From assembly GCA_965202585.1 (NCBI GenBank), contig OZ241827.1, positions 54,560,001 through 54,624,000 on the forward strand: a DNA stretch of 64,000 nucleotides. The letters run 5' to 3'. The notes beneath the pieces were generated by a model that was given only the letters and a program-made list of their open reading frames with translations, searched no databases and had not been told where the DNA came from. Below, one piece after another: positions 38,201 through 51,400 of the stretch; the stretch's first letter is position 1, and each line of letters opens with the position of its first letter. Source of the DNA: Thalia democratica (Eukaryota). The position numbers and the translations under genes are program-made.

Positions 38201-41200
38201 AACAATAGTTATAATAATAAAGCAAAATTAAACCTACCTTTAGCAAAAGTTTTTATTTAAAAAATCATGTTAAACAATACTTAATTTACTTATTAAAGGG
38301 TTACAACTGTATTTTAAAATATGTCTGAGTTAAAAAAAAAATACTAAGTATTTTTAAAGTAAAGTTGAGCAAAGAGGTTTAAGTAACTGCTAAACTTTTT
38401 TCCAGCTGATTAAATTTAAAAGTTGCAGTCACTTTGTTAGTAAAATCTGGTTTCCTAAACTACTGGATATTACTTATAACTCATTGAAACCTGAAAGATA
38501 GTTCCGAAGCTAAATTTTAAAATACTTCTAAATTCTGATCAGTTTTAAGTTCTATACCAGTCTAACGTGCTAACAGATTGTACAACGAAAATTATACGTT
38601 GCTAAACAACTTTTAGGTTTTAAAACCTAAAAACTTTTTTTTCAACCTGAATACTAATGTTAAACTATAATTTAAAATTTCAGATTTTTTTACACTTTTT
38701 AAAAGTATCAAAGTTAGCTTAGCAACAAATTTTCATATAAGAAGTTTAATGTAAGATTAGATGCTACAAAATACCAGAATGAAGACCCAGTACAATACTA
38801 CCCTAGACAATACTTCACAAAACTCTATAAGATCCCAGTAAAGTTTCAGCCTGTCGTTCTAACATATTAGTTATTAGATTATTAGTGTTGGTAACTTCTT
38901 AAACGATAAAAACAGCTAAGTTATAACTAAACTTTTAAAATTATTTTTTTTTTTAATTGAAATTTTATTATTTTAAAAAACACAATTACACTGTTTCACC
39001 GCAAAACGGATTTTCGAATTGAAAGAGTTTATACAAAAGACGAAACTGTAAAAGTGTGAACAACTTATTTACAACAGTACTAGATAGCTTATTTTAAATA
39101 TTTTCTCCTGTTGGACCAGAAATTAAACTAGCTTAACTCCAAAGAAAAAATTCTTATGTGTTGGAGAATAAAGTTCTTGAGTATATTTTAGAGTTAAGTT
39201 TTAAAAAATGGCTAACAAATATTCAAAGAAAACGATAAAAACTTTCTATAAGTTGAAAAAAGAAAAAAATTGCTTATTGTTTAAAACCACTTATATATTA
39301 ACAGTGGGATTGATCAGTTTGTTCACTTAGTGCTGATTTCACAGTCACTTTGTCTTTAAAAAAGCTTGCATTTACTTAAATAGCTTACACTTTCATCTTT
39401 TAACAAAAGTTGTAAACATTAAACAAATACTTTGAAAATAAATCCTGCGTACATAAACATAAAAAAATCAAACCAAACGAACTTGAAACTTATTTTAAAA
39501 TTAAAAAACTAACACCTTTAGTTTATATTTTAACCTTTAAAATACTTTCAATCCTCAATAGTTTTTTAGTATACGGTTAAACACACCATCTGAAAAGTCC
39601 ACCAAAAACAAAGTTAATTTCTGTTTTTTTTTTCAAGTATTCCAAGGGTTTTTGTGGTGATGGAACAATGTTATTAGGAATGAAAAGAAATACAGTTTTA
39701 TAACTGTACCAATTTGTTTTATTAATAATTTATGTTTTATTAAATTTGTAATAAAAACATTCAAAACAACATACTTATGGGGTCTTGGCCTGCTTTCATC
39801 GGGGAACAACCCGCAAATTCTGGGCTCCCTCTCACCAGTCAAGCCGTTGTGGTCGGTGATGGTTATGACGTCACAATTCCTACCGTCTATCGTAAAGCAC
39901 GCCACCTCGCGGTAGTAATAAATGGAAGATTTGCGTGGCGTTTGCTGAACATTTGCTAAAAAATAACATTTTTAAGGAAAGTTTTTCTACAAAAATTAAT
40001 AAAGAAAATATTGTATTTGATTTGCTAATTAACCAAAAGTTAAACAAAACTATTTTTTATTTGAAATAAAAAAAACTTGTTGGCGGATCAATTTCAGTAG
40101 ATTCTTTCTGAATTTCAGTTGAGCTTTCATCTATATTGTTGGCATGCAAGTTATCAATACTAATACTTTGACTGTCACTAATTTGGTTTGACTCCGTTTC
40201 GTTTGTAATAGTTACATCAGGCTTTTTTATTTCCTCAATTACTTTTTTGAACCTCAAATCGAGGACCTAATAATTGAAAACAGCAAAATTAACCTAGTAG
40301 AAATTCAACATACAAAATTAATAAGAATCTAGACAAAACACTTATAAAAATAAACTTTAATCAGTTTTGTTTATTCAGTGACCGGCGTAAAACACTTGTC
40401 GATTGTTGCAAAAAGCTTTAAAAAAACTTTGCTTTGTGTGTGAAAGCTTTGCTAATTCAACTTTTTTTTATTGCGGTTTAACGACTTCATTAACAAAACT
40501 TTTTTTGTTTAAATCCTAAAATTTATTAATTGCTTCAAAATAAATCAAGTATGTGCATTTAAAGTGTGAGCTCATAAGCAGTTTATTTTTTTTTTAAACT
40601 ACAGCCGTAACATTGATGAGGTTTTATTCTGCCAAATGCTAAAGTACTTCTTAAATTTGATTGGCTAAAATTTGATTTCCGTTTATTTTAAGCTTATTTA
40701 ACTTTTTATTATTTAACTGAATGATCAAAAACATTTGTTATATGTATGTATAAGGTGGGCTACTGATATAGACTTACTTTTATGGGTAAAATAGGCTAGA
40801 AATAGAAGTTTAAATGTAGTATACTTTTGTATAAATTTAACAAACAAAAAGTTTGCAGCCTAAGCATATGCAGTTTTATTTTTGTAAAATTTAAAAAAAA
40901 ATTCTGATAAAAACCAACAGCGAGAGCGTTCTGCTGCTCAGTGTAGGAGTAAGGGTAGCAGAAGGCGAAGTAGGTTGACCGTCCCTCCGTGAACCGGTGG
41001 CAGAAGGACAGCCTGAACTGGCCGTCCACCGTCTCGCACTTCGGCCTGTCCCGCACCCTGGCCCACTTGGACCTGTGCGGCGGCTGGCGCACCATCGGCG
41101 CCATACCCTGGCTGTACAGCTTGCCCTGTGAACATATTGTGTGTAATTAACATAACAAGTTGAAAAACAGGTTGAGTTTATTTAAGTCTTGCTAATTAAA

Positions 41201-44200
41201 ATTATTCAGGTAAAAATTAAATTAAGGCCCATTCATCATTTGAACCTGGATATTAAAAATATAAATGTTTTTAAAACAGATAAGTTTATGATAAATAAAG
41301 TCTTGATCGCTACAATAACTAAGGTAAACTGTAAGCCGAAGTATTGATAAAAAATAGCAGAAGATTATTTAGTGAGTATAGCATTAAGTTTTTATCATAG
41401 TTAACAAAATATTAAAAACTTAAAAAAAATTAACAACAATTTAATTTGAAATTGAATAGTTCTGCGCAGCCAATAAAAAACAACAAATATACAAAACTAT
41501 AGAAGCAATTAAGTATTAGAGTAAATTTTTATACAGAATTTGTGTCTATAAGCCTGAACATATAAAAGTACAGACACTGTAATACGTTTTAATTCTCTAT
41601 TTTAAGATGAAGAAACACGTCATAAACAGAATCAAAACCAATAATTACAAATTAACAAGAAGGTTAAGTCTATCTTAAACTTTAAGTCAAGTTTATTGAG
41701 GTTATTAAGCAATGAGTAAGAGAAATAACAACACTTTTTTATACACACAAATTTTAAATTATTACTTTTTAAGTGTTTGTACGTAGCACACCTGTAAAGA
41801 CTCAAAAAAGAGTACCGGGTTCGAATAGTTTCACACAGAACAGTTTTGAATTAAAAACAAACAAATCAGTAGGAACCTGTCTGTTCATGTTGGTGATGTT
41901 TATCCTGATGAGCTTCCCGCTCTGATAGCCCCGGATTCCAAAGTAGAACCAGCTCCTGTTGCCGTTCTCGTGCTCGGTTCCCGCGCAATCCGGCTTCGTC
42001 TGCACGTTGAACTCGTAATCTGGCGGCACCTGGAAGCCCGCTCCCTCGTTCTCCTCATCTTCCGACTTCTCCACCTGCCAAACGGAAGTTTTGCATGAAA
42101 CGTTCGTGAGTATAAGAAACATATTAGCATGTTGAAAACAAAATTCCTGGCTCGTCTGTTTTTCTTTGATTTATGGGGAAACTAAGTAATTAAAGCTTAA
42201 AAGACTTATTTTGTAAAAATATTTTGCGGCTTGTTGAAAAAAAGTTGCACTTTAAAGCAGGGCTTCCCAAACTCCTGTTCAACAGAGGTTCGAGTTACAT
42301 GAAATGATCGTGAACAAAATTCACATGCAACATGCGTGTTTTTTCGGTCATGGAGAATTGAAAAGCCTGGTTATTTTTACTTGTACCTCTTATGGTAAAA
42401 GTGTTTTTTGTTTTAAAAAAAACCACGCTGTTGTCGAATTATCTTTAATTGCTTGTTTTTATGCTAATAGCTCGGGTATTGAATTTTTTTTTAAACTTTA
42501 AGAGGTGTTGTTTAATGAAAGAGTTTCAACTTTATAACTTTTTTTCAAATGTAAACAGTTTCTATTATATTTTTGTCTCTAAATGCCATTTTGTTTTAAA
42601 CACTTACTTACCAGTGGTGTATAATTCTGATTTTTGCTACTAAGTTTAAAAGTTCAAAGTTTTTTTTTAGCTTTACAAAGATTTTTAAAGTTATAGTAAA
42701 ATTTGAAATCTAACATTCATTTATTAACATGTAATTATAGAGATGAAAACATTTCCTTCCTTATAAAAAGTCAGTTTTCAAGTGTACAGGGTTGCCACTT
42801 GTTTTTTCAAAAATTTTTGCAGGTTTTCCAAATTTCTTCCAGGTTTTTAAAAGTACACATTTTGGGTTTATTTTTAGTTAAAAATTAAGTTTAAGGTAAG
42901 AAACTGTGTTAAATAGTAAAAAAACATCAAAAAGATACTGTAAAGGTACTTTAAATACGTTTTTTAATAAAAATAATTTTTGATGATGACTAAAATTTTT
43001 AATTATATGATAGATTTTTAGAGTCAAATCAAAACTTTTTGATTTTACATGTTGAAAATTCCAGATTTTTTTTACCTAAATTGCCAAATTCCAGATTTTT
43101 CAAGGTTTTTCCAGGTTTCCAGGTAAAGTGGCAACCCTGAGTGTATTATAACTATTTTTTCAACATTTTATGTGGAATAAAGCATTAGATAAAAGTTTAT
43201 TATTTGTCTAATAGCTAGCCAAAAATTTTTTTTTTACTTTAAAATCAGTGAATTTATCAAATTTATTGCTAGCTTATAATATTTAACAAATAATTGATTT
43301 TCAACATTTTTTCTAAATAAAATTTTTGATGAATTAAAATTTACTAAAACATTATAACATCTTAATCAATAATTTAACTTTTAATCATAAAGTTTCCGAG
43401 AAAATAATTAATAATAAAAATTCATCATAGTTAAATATGACTTTTCCGTTAAAAATTTATAAAAAATTTATGAAGAATATAATTATCTTAGACAAGTATC
43501 AATTTTATGGTAAATTATTTATAGTTTTTCACGTTTAATCAGGTGTTTTTAATCTACAGTACCATCAGCTAATTTAAGTTCATTTTTTACATACAAAAGG
43601 TAAATATGGTTTATAAAAAATTCATAAATTAAAACTTCCTATTAATTTCGGTGAACGTATTATAGTTGTATACAAAAGCAAAGCAATTTAAGGTTAGATG
43701 AATAGTTTTCAAAAAGTTCAAAACAAATTGCTTGCCAGTTTTTTATTTAGCAAAATGTTTAATAACAATTTTTTAAGTTTAACAAAAAAGAAAGCAAGGA
43801 AATGTTAATAAAAAAGCAAAACTGCAAAAAAACTGTAAACTTTTAAAGATAAACAATTTAATCATTCCACACAGACTAGAATAATTTTTGTATCTTTAAA
43901 CATTGAACTATAAGTTATAGTAAAAACAGTTTTAATTACTTAAATTTACTTAAACAAATTCACTTTTAAATGCTTTTAATTTTACTTTAAAGATTAGTTG
44001 TTAAAAGCATAGGGAAGGGAGATAGGAAAAATTTTTACATTTTGACATGTTTTTAGTGTTTAACTTAGCTAAAAGTTATTTTTTTACTGTTTATAAGAAA
44101 TTTAATAAGTTTATTAGATATAAGGGTACAAAGTAGGTTCAATAGATTCTTCATAGTGCCCAGTTTAAAAGAATATTTAATTAAAATTTTTATTTCATCT

Positions 44201-44568
44201 AAGTTTTTTAAGCAACCGGTCTCAAATTTTTTTACTCTACTCTTAACTTAATAACAAAAAGCTGTATGGTAGAAAACTTTTTTTTCGTTTTTAGTTATAA
44301 AATATTTATTTGTTTTTAAATAGAAATTTTATAGTGCAAGGAAGATTTCATGAAAAACTGAAATCAGTTGCTTAACAAATGATGAGGACAATACATTTTT
44401 ATTAAATCTTAATTTAAATATTTTCTACATGAAACAAATTATAACTTTATTCATTACATTTTTGCTTATACTTACTAAAGTTTAACACAGACTTACCTTT
44501 TCAACCGAACCTAAGTTTCCAGAGTCAAAATTTGAAAAGAAAAGGAGACCACCACACTTGATTTCCAT
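26294..44568 (-). CDS. AGBL5: Cytosolic carboxypeptidase-like protein 5 (CCP5), 13 coding exons: 44568-44497, 42074-41877, 41125-40919, 39944-39775, 37533-37399, 35329-35140, 34789-34643, 34376-34206, 29026-28877, 28532-28291, 28202-28054, 27420-27046, 26672-26294
   Basis: [90 protein letters not shown] and YTLECNYN all match CCP5/M14 motifs. All introns are GT-AG with consistent phases, except that exon 11 is 1 nt short (T9 run at 28179-28187). About 861 aa if corrected. Confidence 0.95.
28877..29026 (-). CDS. AGBL5: AGBL5 exon 9 ([50 protein letters not shown])
   Basis: 150 nt, phase 0-0. Matches the CCP5 segment [11 protein letters not shown]...[18 protein letters not shown]. Its acceptor is the last unit of the 26-bp array. 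Confidence 0.95.
29016..33655. repeat. 26-bp tandem array (TGGTTGTCTACCTACAAGTTATTAGT), 178 periods, in AGBL5 intron 8 and overlapping the start of exon 9
   Basis: The unit phase at 29016 recurs at 33644 (178 x 26), so there is no net indel. Only scattered single-base variants. Confidence 0.98.
33938..33985 (-). other. Duplicated end of AGBL5 exon 8; candidate 48-nt in-frame cassette exon ([16 protein letters not shown])
   Basis: cccgcag|ATT TAC GTG GTC ATA TAC GGA AAC CAC CTC GAT AAA ACT GAA GAC CAG|gtttta, compared with the exon-8 end [13 protein letters not shown]|gtttga. Downstream intron sequence is also similar (33860 vs 34131). Confidence 0.55.
35848..35975 (+). mobile_element. Penelope-like element 3' remnant (C-terminus of the GIY-YIG endonuclease region)
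   Basis: Translation [12 protein letters not shown]...[16 protein letters not shown] resembles the PLE C-terminal pattern CxLCLxEK...LNKRxEL..xCRHxNK. Confidence 0.6.
36366..36523 (-). repeat. Partial inverted copy of the 3650-3954 MITE
   Basis: Matches the reverse complement of both ends of the 3650-3954 element with the middle deleted. Confidence 0.7.
42787..43139 (+). mobile_element. MITE of the CAGGGTTGCC-end family in AGBL5 intron 1
   Basis: TIR CAGGGTTGCCACTT / AAGTGGCAACCCTG. Perfect 6-bp TSD AGTGTA (42781-42786, 43140-43145). Confidence 0.92.
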
Positions 44569-45419
44569 TATTACGTCACAATTCAATTACATTTTTGTAT
44601 AATTCTGGAATAGTTTTTAAATCATTTACTAGATTAAAACATAAAATTCTGCATACCAAATAAAAGAATGAAACAAACTCTGAACAACATGAAAACTATG
44701 TAATGAGATATATAATCACAAAAAAACTATGTATAGTAAAAAACTTATTTATAGGTTTTTTTTTGATATTTCTGTTAAGTACACAGCAATTTCTTTTTGA
44801 TTTTAATTCCATAACATTTATTTGTTTCTTAACCTGTTTAGTTTCTATTAACAAATTATAAAAACATTTAATTTTCGCGTGAACTAATAAAATCAAATGT
44901 TATAATAATTTTTAAATTATCCGAATAAATAAGAAGAAAAATGTAAAAAAAACAGCAAAAGCATACAAAGCAACAATATGTTTAGTCATGAAAAATTTAA
45001 ATAAAAACAATTAAAATACTGCATGTATCAACTTTTCTTAAAGCATTGTTAAACAACAAAAATTTAAAAATATAACTTTCTTCATAGTTTACTACCGAAA
45101 ATTAAGCGAATCATAGAAATAATTGTCAGGCAAAAAGTTTGTTATATTAATCAAAATATAATAATTTAATAAAAGTGAAAACTATAAAATGGTGTAGTGT
45201 AGGTAATACATAATAGGAATAAAACTAACTGTGTGGGTGTAAAAACTCATTATAACAAGAAACCGTTTGTTGTATAAAACATAAGAAACAGCTTTTATAC
45301 TTTTAAAGTCATAACTTTAAAAGGTTTTAAAAGTGATGATTGAGTCTTAGCTAAAAAAATCAAAAGTTAACTTCTAAAAGCATCTTAAAACATTAACCAA
45401 AGTAAAAAAACAAAAGAAA

Positions 45420-48400
45420 TTACTCAGTTTTTTTCTTACAACTTACGACATCGTCATCCAACAAAGACTTCGCCACAAAGTAGCAAAACAAGGTGAACAA
45501 GTACCAGTTGAGCCACTTTGCAACGAAACCCTTCATTTCACCGTTCAAAAAGCCATCCCTTTTCTCACCCTCCTCTTCAACCACTTCAGGTTCGTTTTCA
45601 GAAAGCCCATCCGAAGTTCCGTTGTGAGGCTCGACGTCGAAGTAAAAGTAGGAGTCGTCGGCGGAGAGGTCGATCCTCCGCACGCTGCCGAAGAAGTCGC
45701 TGATGGGGGTCTTGCTTGGATCCCGTTTGAACAAGCGGGTGGAGTGGCCGGGAGTGGAAATGCAGACTTCCTTGGGGCAGATCTTGAACATGTCGGACAG
45801 GTGGGAGCCCTTGTTGAGCGAAGTGGGTTTGGTGGGTTGCTTTTCCAAGAACTCAAGCAGGTGGAAGGTGAAACTGTTTGTTGAAAATCGAATTGAAAAT
45901 ATTTACAATATGATATGGCTAAAAATCATAAGTTAATTTTTTAATTGATACAATCTAGTATTAGTTTAGTATGTCAAACAAGTTGATTAGTAAGATTTGG
46001 TTTACTTGCCTCATCAAATAAATTTTTGTTTTACAAAAAAAGTGGATTTTTTAATGAATTTAAAGAACTATACACTATTGGTTTGCTTGTTTTAACAGTT
46101 TGACTGCAAAGTAAACTAGTAATTTTAACTTAATCCGTGTATATGATTTAGGCTTTTGATTTCATTTGTATACATATATGCATAAACTTTAACAGTTTTT
46201 AAATGTAGTCAGCTATCTATAGAAAAAATTACTATATAACCTATGAAAAAACTTTAAAAAAAGTAAATTTAAAAAAACATAAACCGGTCAATGATGAAAA
46301 CGCCAACTTCCTCATCCACGTGATGAGACAGAGAGTCTTCGTCGGCTTGGCTGCTCGCCATTGAAACGATGTTGGGCGAGTAAAACTTGGTGTACATGGA
46401 AACGGCGTGGCAAGTGTCAATGACAAACATGAGCTCGTTGTACCGCTTCTTCTCGTGCATTTGGGCGAAAGTGTCGGCTAGTTCGATGCTTGATATCTCT
46501 TTTGAGTCCTGAAAAACATTTCAATTGTAATGATTAGCATAAAGATTGAAGACAATAAAAAATATAATTTGCTTATTATTTATCATTACTACTTTGCTTT
46601 TAGTGAATTTGTTACTTTGCTCTACTTAAGTAAAATTTAAAAGAACTTTAACTTTTTAGTTTTAATGAATTTAAGTTTCTAAGAACTTTTAGAGCTATCT
46701 TTTTTAAATAATAAGCAAGGTTAAATTGAAAATAACAGTTCTAAAACCTCTCAGAATCTTAAGTCTTATAAACTTGTTACACTGATTTTCTAATTAGTAT
46801 TTTTACTATAAGTTACTGTAACATTATTTAACTTAATTAATTTCCGAGTTAAAATAATAAAAATATTACCGAACTTTTATACTTCGTAAAATTGAAAACA
46901 TACAAAGAAAATAGACTTTTGTTAAATCATAAAAAGTTAATTAATTAAAAAAAAAGATAAGATTAAGATAAAGATTTATAGCATACTAGTATAAACAATT
47001 AAATAGCTGTTCTAACCAAAAATTTAAGAAAGTCTTCACCACCATGGCCAGTCATATAAACGAGAACATTCGACCTGTCATCAGTCATCAATCTCTTGGA
47101 TCTGGGAGTGTCTTCACTCTGTCTTCCCGTCATCACTCTAATGAAGTTTTCGACTGTCACCTATGATTTTAAGCCATATTAATTTTTTTGATGATATTTG
47201 AAATAGTTAAACTACAGTTGCATAAACTTTATGAAATTAATAACTTTGACAATAAGACCAGCTATGTAAACATATAGCAAATATTTTAAGTTTATTTTAA
47301 AAGCTAGTATCAAGAACCATAAAAGTCAAAATATTTAATCCAAACAATACTGTCAAAGTTTATTTTAAATAAGCTGTTTTTTTTATTGATAAAGCAGTGA
47401 CAGAACGACAACGGCTTTGAAAATAATGTTTGGATTATTTCAAATGACCATAGTATTCTTTGAAGCTATGATAAGCATTTGTTACAATAAATTTATTTTT
47501 TAAACTACTTTATTATCAAAATTTACAAAACTTATTAGATTTATTTTTTAATAAACGAGTTTTTCAGCTTTTCGGTTATAATTAAAAATATAAACAAAAT
47601 ACTTTAAGGCTATAAAAAAATTATAAAAGCAATATAAATTAAATTAGCCACTGTTTATTATTATTATTACAGTAATATTGAATTTAATAAAATATAGTTA
47701 AAAGCTAGATGTATGTAACTTTTTTAATTTCATAAGCAAAAGTATACAACAGATTCAAAAATAGAGCTTTTTGTTTTATAAAAACTAAAAAAAGTAACAA
47801 CAATATTTTCTTTTGTACAATGAGTTCATATTTTATTTGTGCATAGAAAGTAAAATGTTTGAAAGTTAAATATACATGGTAAATATGAAGTCATTGGGAC
47901 AAACTTTTATCTTTTGAAATAAAGTAGCATTAAGTATTGAAATTTATAAAAACTAGCAAAAGAGAGATAATAATTTAATTTAATTTAGATATTGTTAAGC
48001 TATAAAGATGACTAAATCCACAGTATACAATGTTGTAAACAGATTAATTGAGCTTTGTACACCTGAAGACTGTCTAAGAAGTTCAAGACCACGCACATAC
48101 TGATTTTAGATGGTGATAAAGTTGTCTGATAAAATTAAGCAGGAGTCTACATATATCTACAAGACAAAAAGCTAAGGACATCAATTTAAGTGAAAATGTT
48201 AAAACATAAATGATAATTTTCTACAATGTCTTACACATAAAAATAGAGAGAGAGTACCTCACACCAAGATATTTGTAGAACAGCAAAGAAGCTGGAAAAA
48301 TCAAGGCTGCCACAAAATTGTTTTATTACTGATAAAGAACTCTTCAAATTTGAGGTAAGAAATCAGAACAGCTTTCTGCAAACAAAAATCTTGTTGTCTC

Positions 48401-51400
48401 ATATGTAGGCTACAGACTCAAAATAATTGAAAAATCACCTCTCATTTTTGTGGAGCAAGGGTTAAGATCAACACAGATTATTACATTAACAGTATTTTGG
48501 TTCCAGAATGTGAAGAGATGAATAACCACTTCAAAGATCAGCATTTTGCTTCCAAACAAGTAGAAAAACCATCACAAACCTCAAAAATAAAGACTTTTAA
48601 AAATATAATTCCAAAAATTATGTAAATTTGGCTTTATGCATGGCCTAGTTTGAACAAAATAATATTTTATTAAAAATAAGGTCTGTTATATAGCTCAGTG
48701 CTTCTGAAATGGGGTTCCGCGGAACCCTAGGGTTCCGCAAAGCCTTTAGAAATTTAAAAAAGAAATTTGAAAGAAAAAAAAAACATAAATCATAAACTTC
48801 AAAAAAAAAATGGAACACATAAAATGGAAAACATATATAATTATAGCATCCATTGATCTGCTTAGTGTGTATCTAGGGGTAGGACTTTTAATGGGTATTC
48901 AATGGGTATTTAATGGGTAATTAATGGATAAAACTTGGCAACAAAACATATTCCTTCTTGTTTACAAGAAATTCTCACAGCGTCGATTAAAACTTTTAAA
49001 CTTATAAAGAAAAGTGACACAAAGGCCAGATGTTTTAAAGACCTATGTTAAAGTTTAGATTCTGACCACCTGCGACTTCTTTAAATGAAGTTTGCTGGCT
49101 GTCGAAGGGGCGGACACTAGTTCGTCTTGATGAATTAAAGAAGATAAAGGCTCAGAATTAGTGAAGTTCTTTGAAGATGATGTTTTTTTGGCCAGGCTAG
49201 CTTATCTCACCGATATTTTCGAAGAATTGAACGCTTTGAACTTAAGCATGCAAGGGAAGCAAAATTCCATTTTTGTCATGACAAACAAGATTGAGGCGTT
49301 TAAAAATAGAATTACATTTTGGAAGGAAAAGGTTAGCAATGGTAATTTTGCGATGTTTCACCGGTTTTATGAGGCCCATGAAAAAAGCATAGAATTCAAA
49401 TTCTCTGACGAATTATACAACCACCTTGATCTTTTGTCTATAAAGTTTCAACATTATTTTCCTGAAGATGTTCGCATTGGAAGTTTATGGATTTTGAATC
49501 CTTTTATGTGTGATATTGCTTCAGAAGAAGTGAATCTTCCTACAGATACAGAAAACAAATTGCTGCAACTATCTGAAAATAGCAATTTAAAATTGATTTT
49601 CAAAGGGAAGGAGATTTTAGATTTTTGAATATGTGCAATTTCACAGTACCCCGTCTTAGCAAAGCGTGCAGTAAAGTTTCTTTCACCATTCACCACCACT
49701 TATCTTTGCGAGTCCGGCTTTTCGCATGTAACAAACATTAAAACGAAGTAAAGGAACTGTATGCTGACTCCAACCTTTTCTGCCTGTCTCCGTCTCAGTC
49801 TATCAAAAATCAAACCGCGCATTGACATGCATGTTGCTAAAAGACAAGTTCAAGTTTTGTACTACATGTTTTTTATTTATTTTTCGTTAGGCATTTTACC
49901 CGTTTATTACAGTAATCTGTGAATTCGATTAGGTTCATGCTCATTTCGTTATTGTTTGTAGCTCTCATTTTGTTTTTATTATGCAAGGAAAGATTTTTTT
50001 GACATTACAATCAATCATGTTTGTTTTCGTTTATTTATATATATAAAATACCTATTGCCTCTGGCGCACTTTGAGTTTGACTTGACTTAATACTATTACA
50101 ATTGGTATGATTTCTAACAATGATATAGTTTTGCTAAAAAATTTGTTTTTTACTGAAATTATTTTGTTTTTTGCAGGAAATATTATATTTAACATTTTAT
50201 GTAAAATTAAATTAGGGGTTCCGCAGAAAAGTTGAACTTTTGAAAAGGGTTCTGCCATTAGAAAAAGGTTCAGAAGCACTGATATAGCTCATTTAAGTAA
50301 TGATATTTTAAAAACAACCATTCTAAGTTAATGGGCTAAGAATCTCAGTAAAAGAATTAAAACTTCAATTTAAAGATGGGAAATTACATTAAAAAACATA
50401 ATTTAGATTTATTCTTGGCCTCTTAAATTATAATTTTTCTTCATATTCGTTAATTTTTTTTTGTTTTTTAATAATAAGCCACTTTTTAATTGGTAGAAAG
50501 ACTTTTATTTCACCCAAAATATTTTCTTTTTTTTTTTTGACTTAATCTCTATAATACTATTAGTCTCCGAAGTTCATATAATTTTTCACCAGAAATATAG
50601 TTAGTTTTTCTAAAATAGTTTTTGCTTAATTAAAAGCTTTTTAATCCAGTGTTTTAATAACCAACAGTGAACAGTTTTTATCTACAAGAGTTACTATTTT
50701 ATAAAAGTCATTTTATAATATGAAAAAGTTTAGTTTTTAAGTATAAAAGGTATAAAACCAACTTTTAATTTTATTAATTATAGTTTTGAGAAATTATATA
50801 TTACATTTTTACTAACAAACATAATTAAACTACACAAGTTATAGTTTTATTAAAACAAATACTCAATAGTTTAGTTTGTAAAAACATAGATCAGCAATCT
50901 GCAATGCATATTTTTAAAATCAAATAGCATTTTTTGTACAATAAAAATTCAACTATGAAAAACTACAAAAACAAACCTCATTACCCCTGTAGTCAACTTC
51001 AACATCCGATCCGTACACGTCAATGTCATGGTTCTTGTTGTTAAAAACCTGACCCGGCTTGGAGTTCCTTGGGTTGCAGGCCATGTCATCGCTCATCATC
51101 AGAATTATCTGGCTGTCAGGGATTCCCAGTCGCTTCACACTTCTGTACACTGACAGGACGTTTGACACATGGCGGTAATTGAACCAGAACCTTTTATGTG
51201 GGTACAGGTCATAAGTACAAGCAAAAATATTCTAATCTCATGTTTGTTACAGCTAAAAAAGTCTAACTAAAAATAACTTAAAAGAAAGAGTACGGTTTAA
51301 GCAATAGTTGGTTATTTTTGCCTTATTTTTATATTGTAAAAACATTTGAAAATATTTTTACACCAAACTTTATCAAGCAACTATTTAGAGCTTTTAGTTT

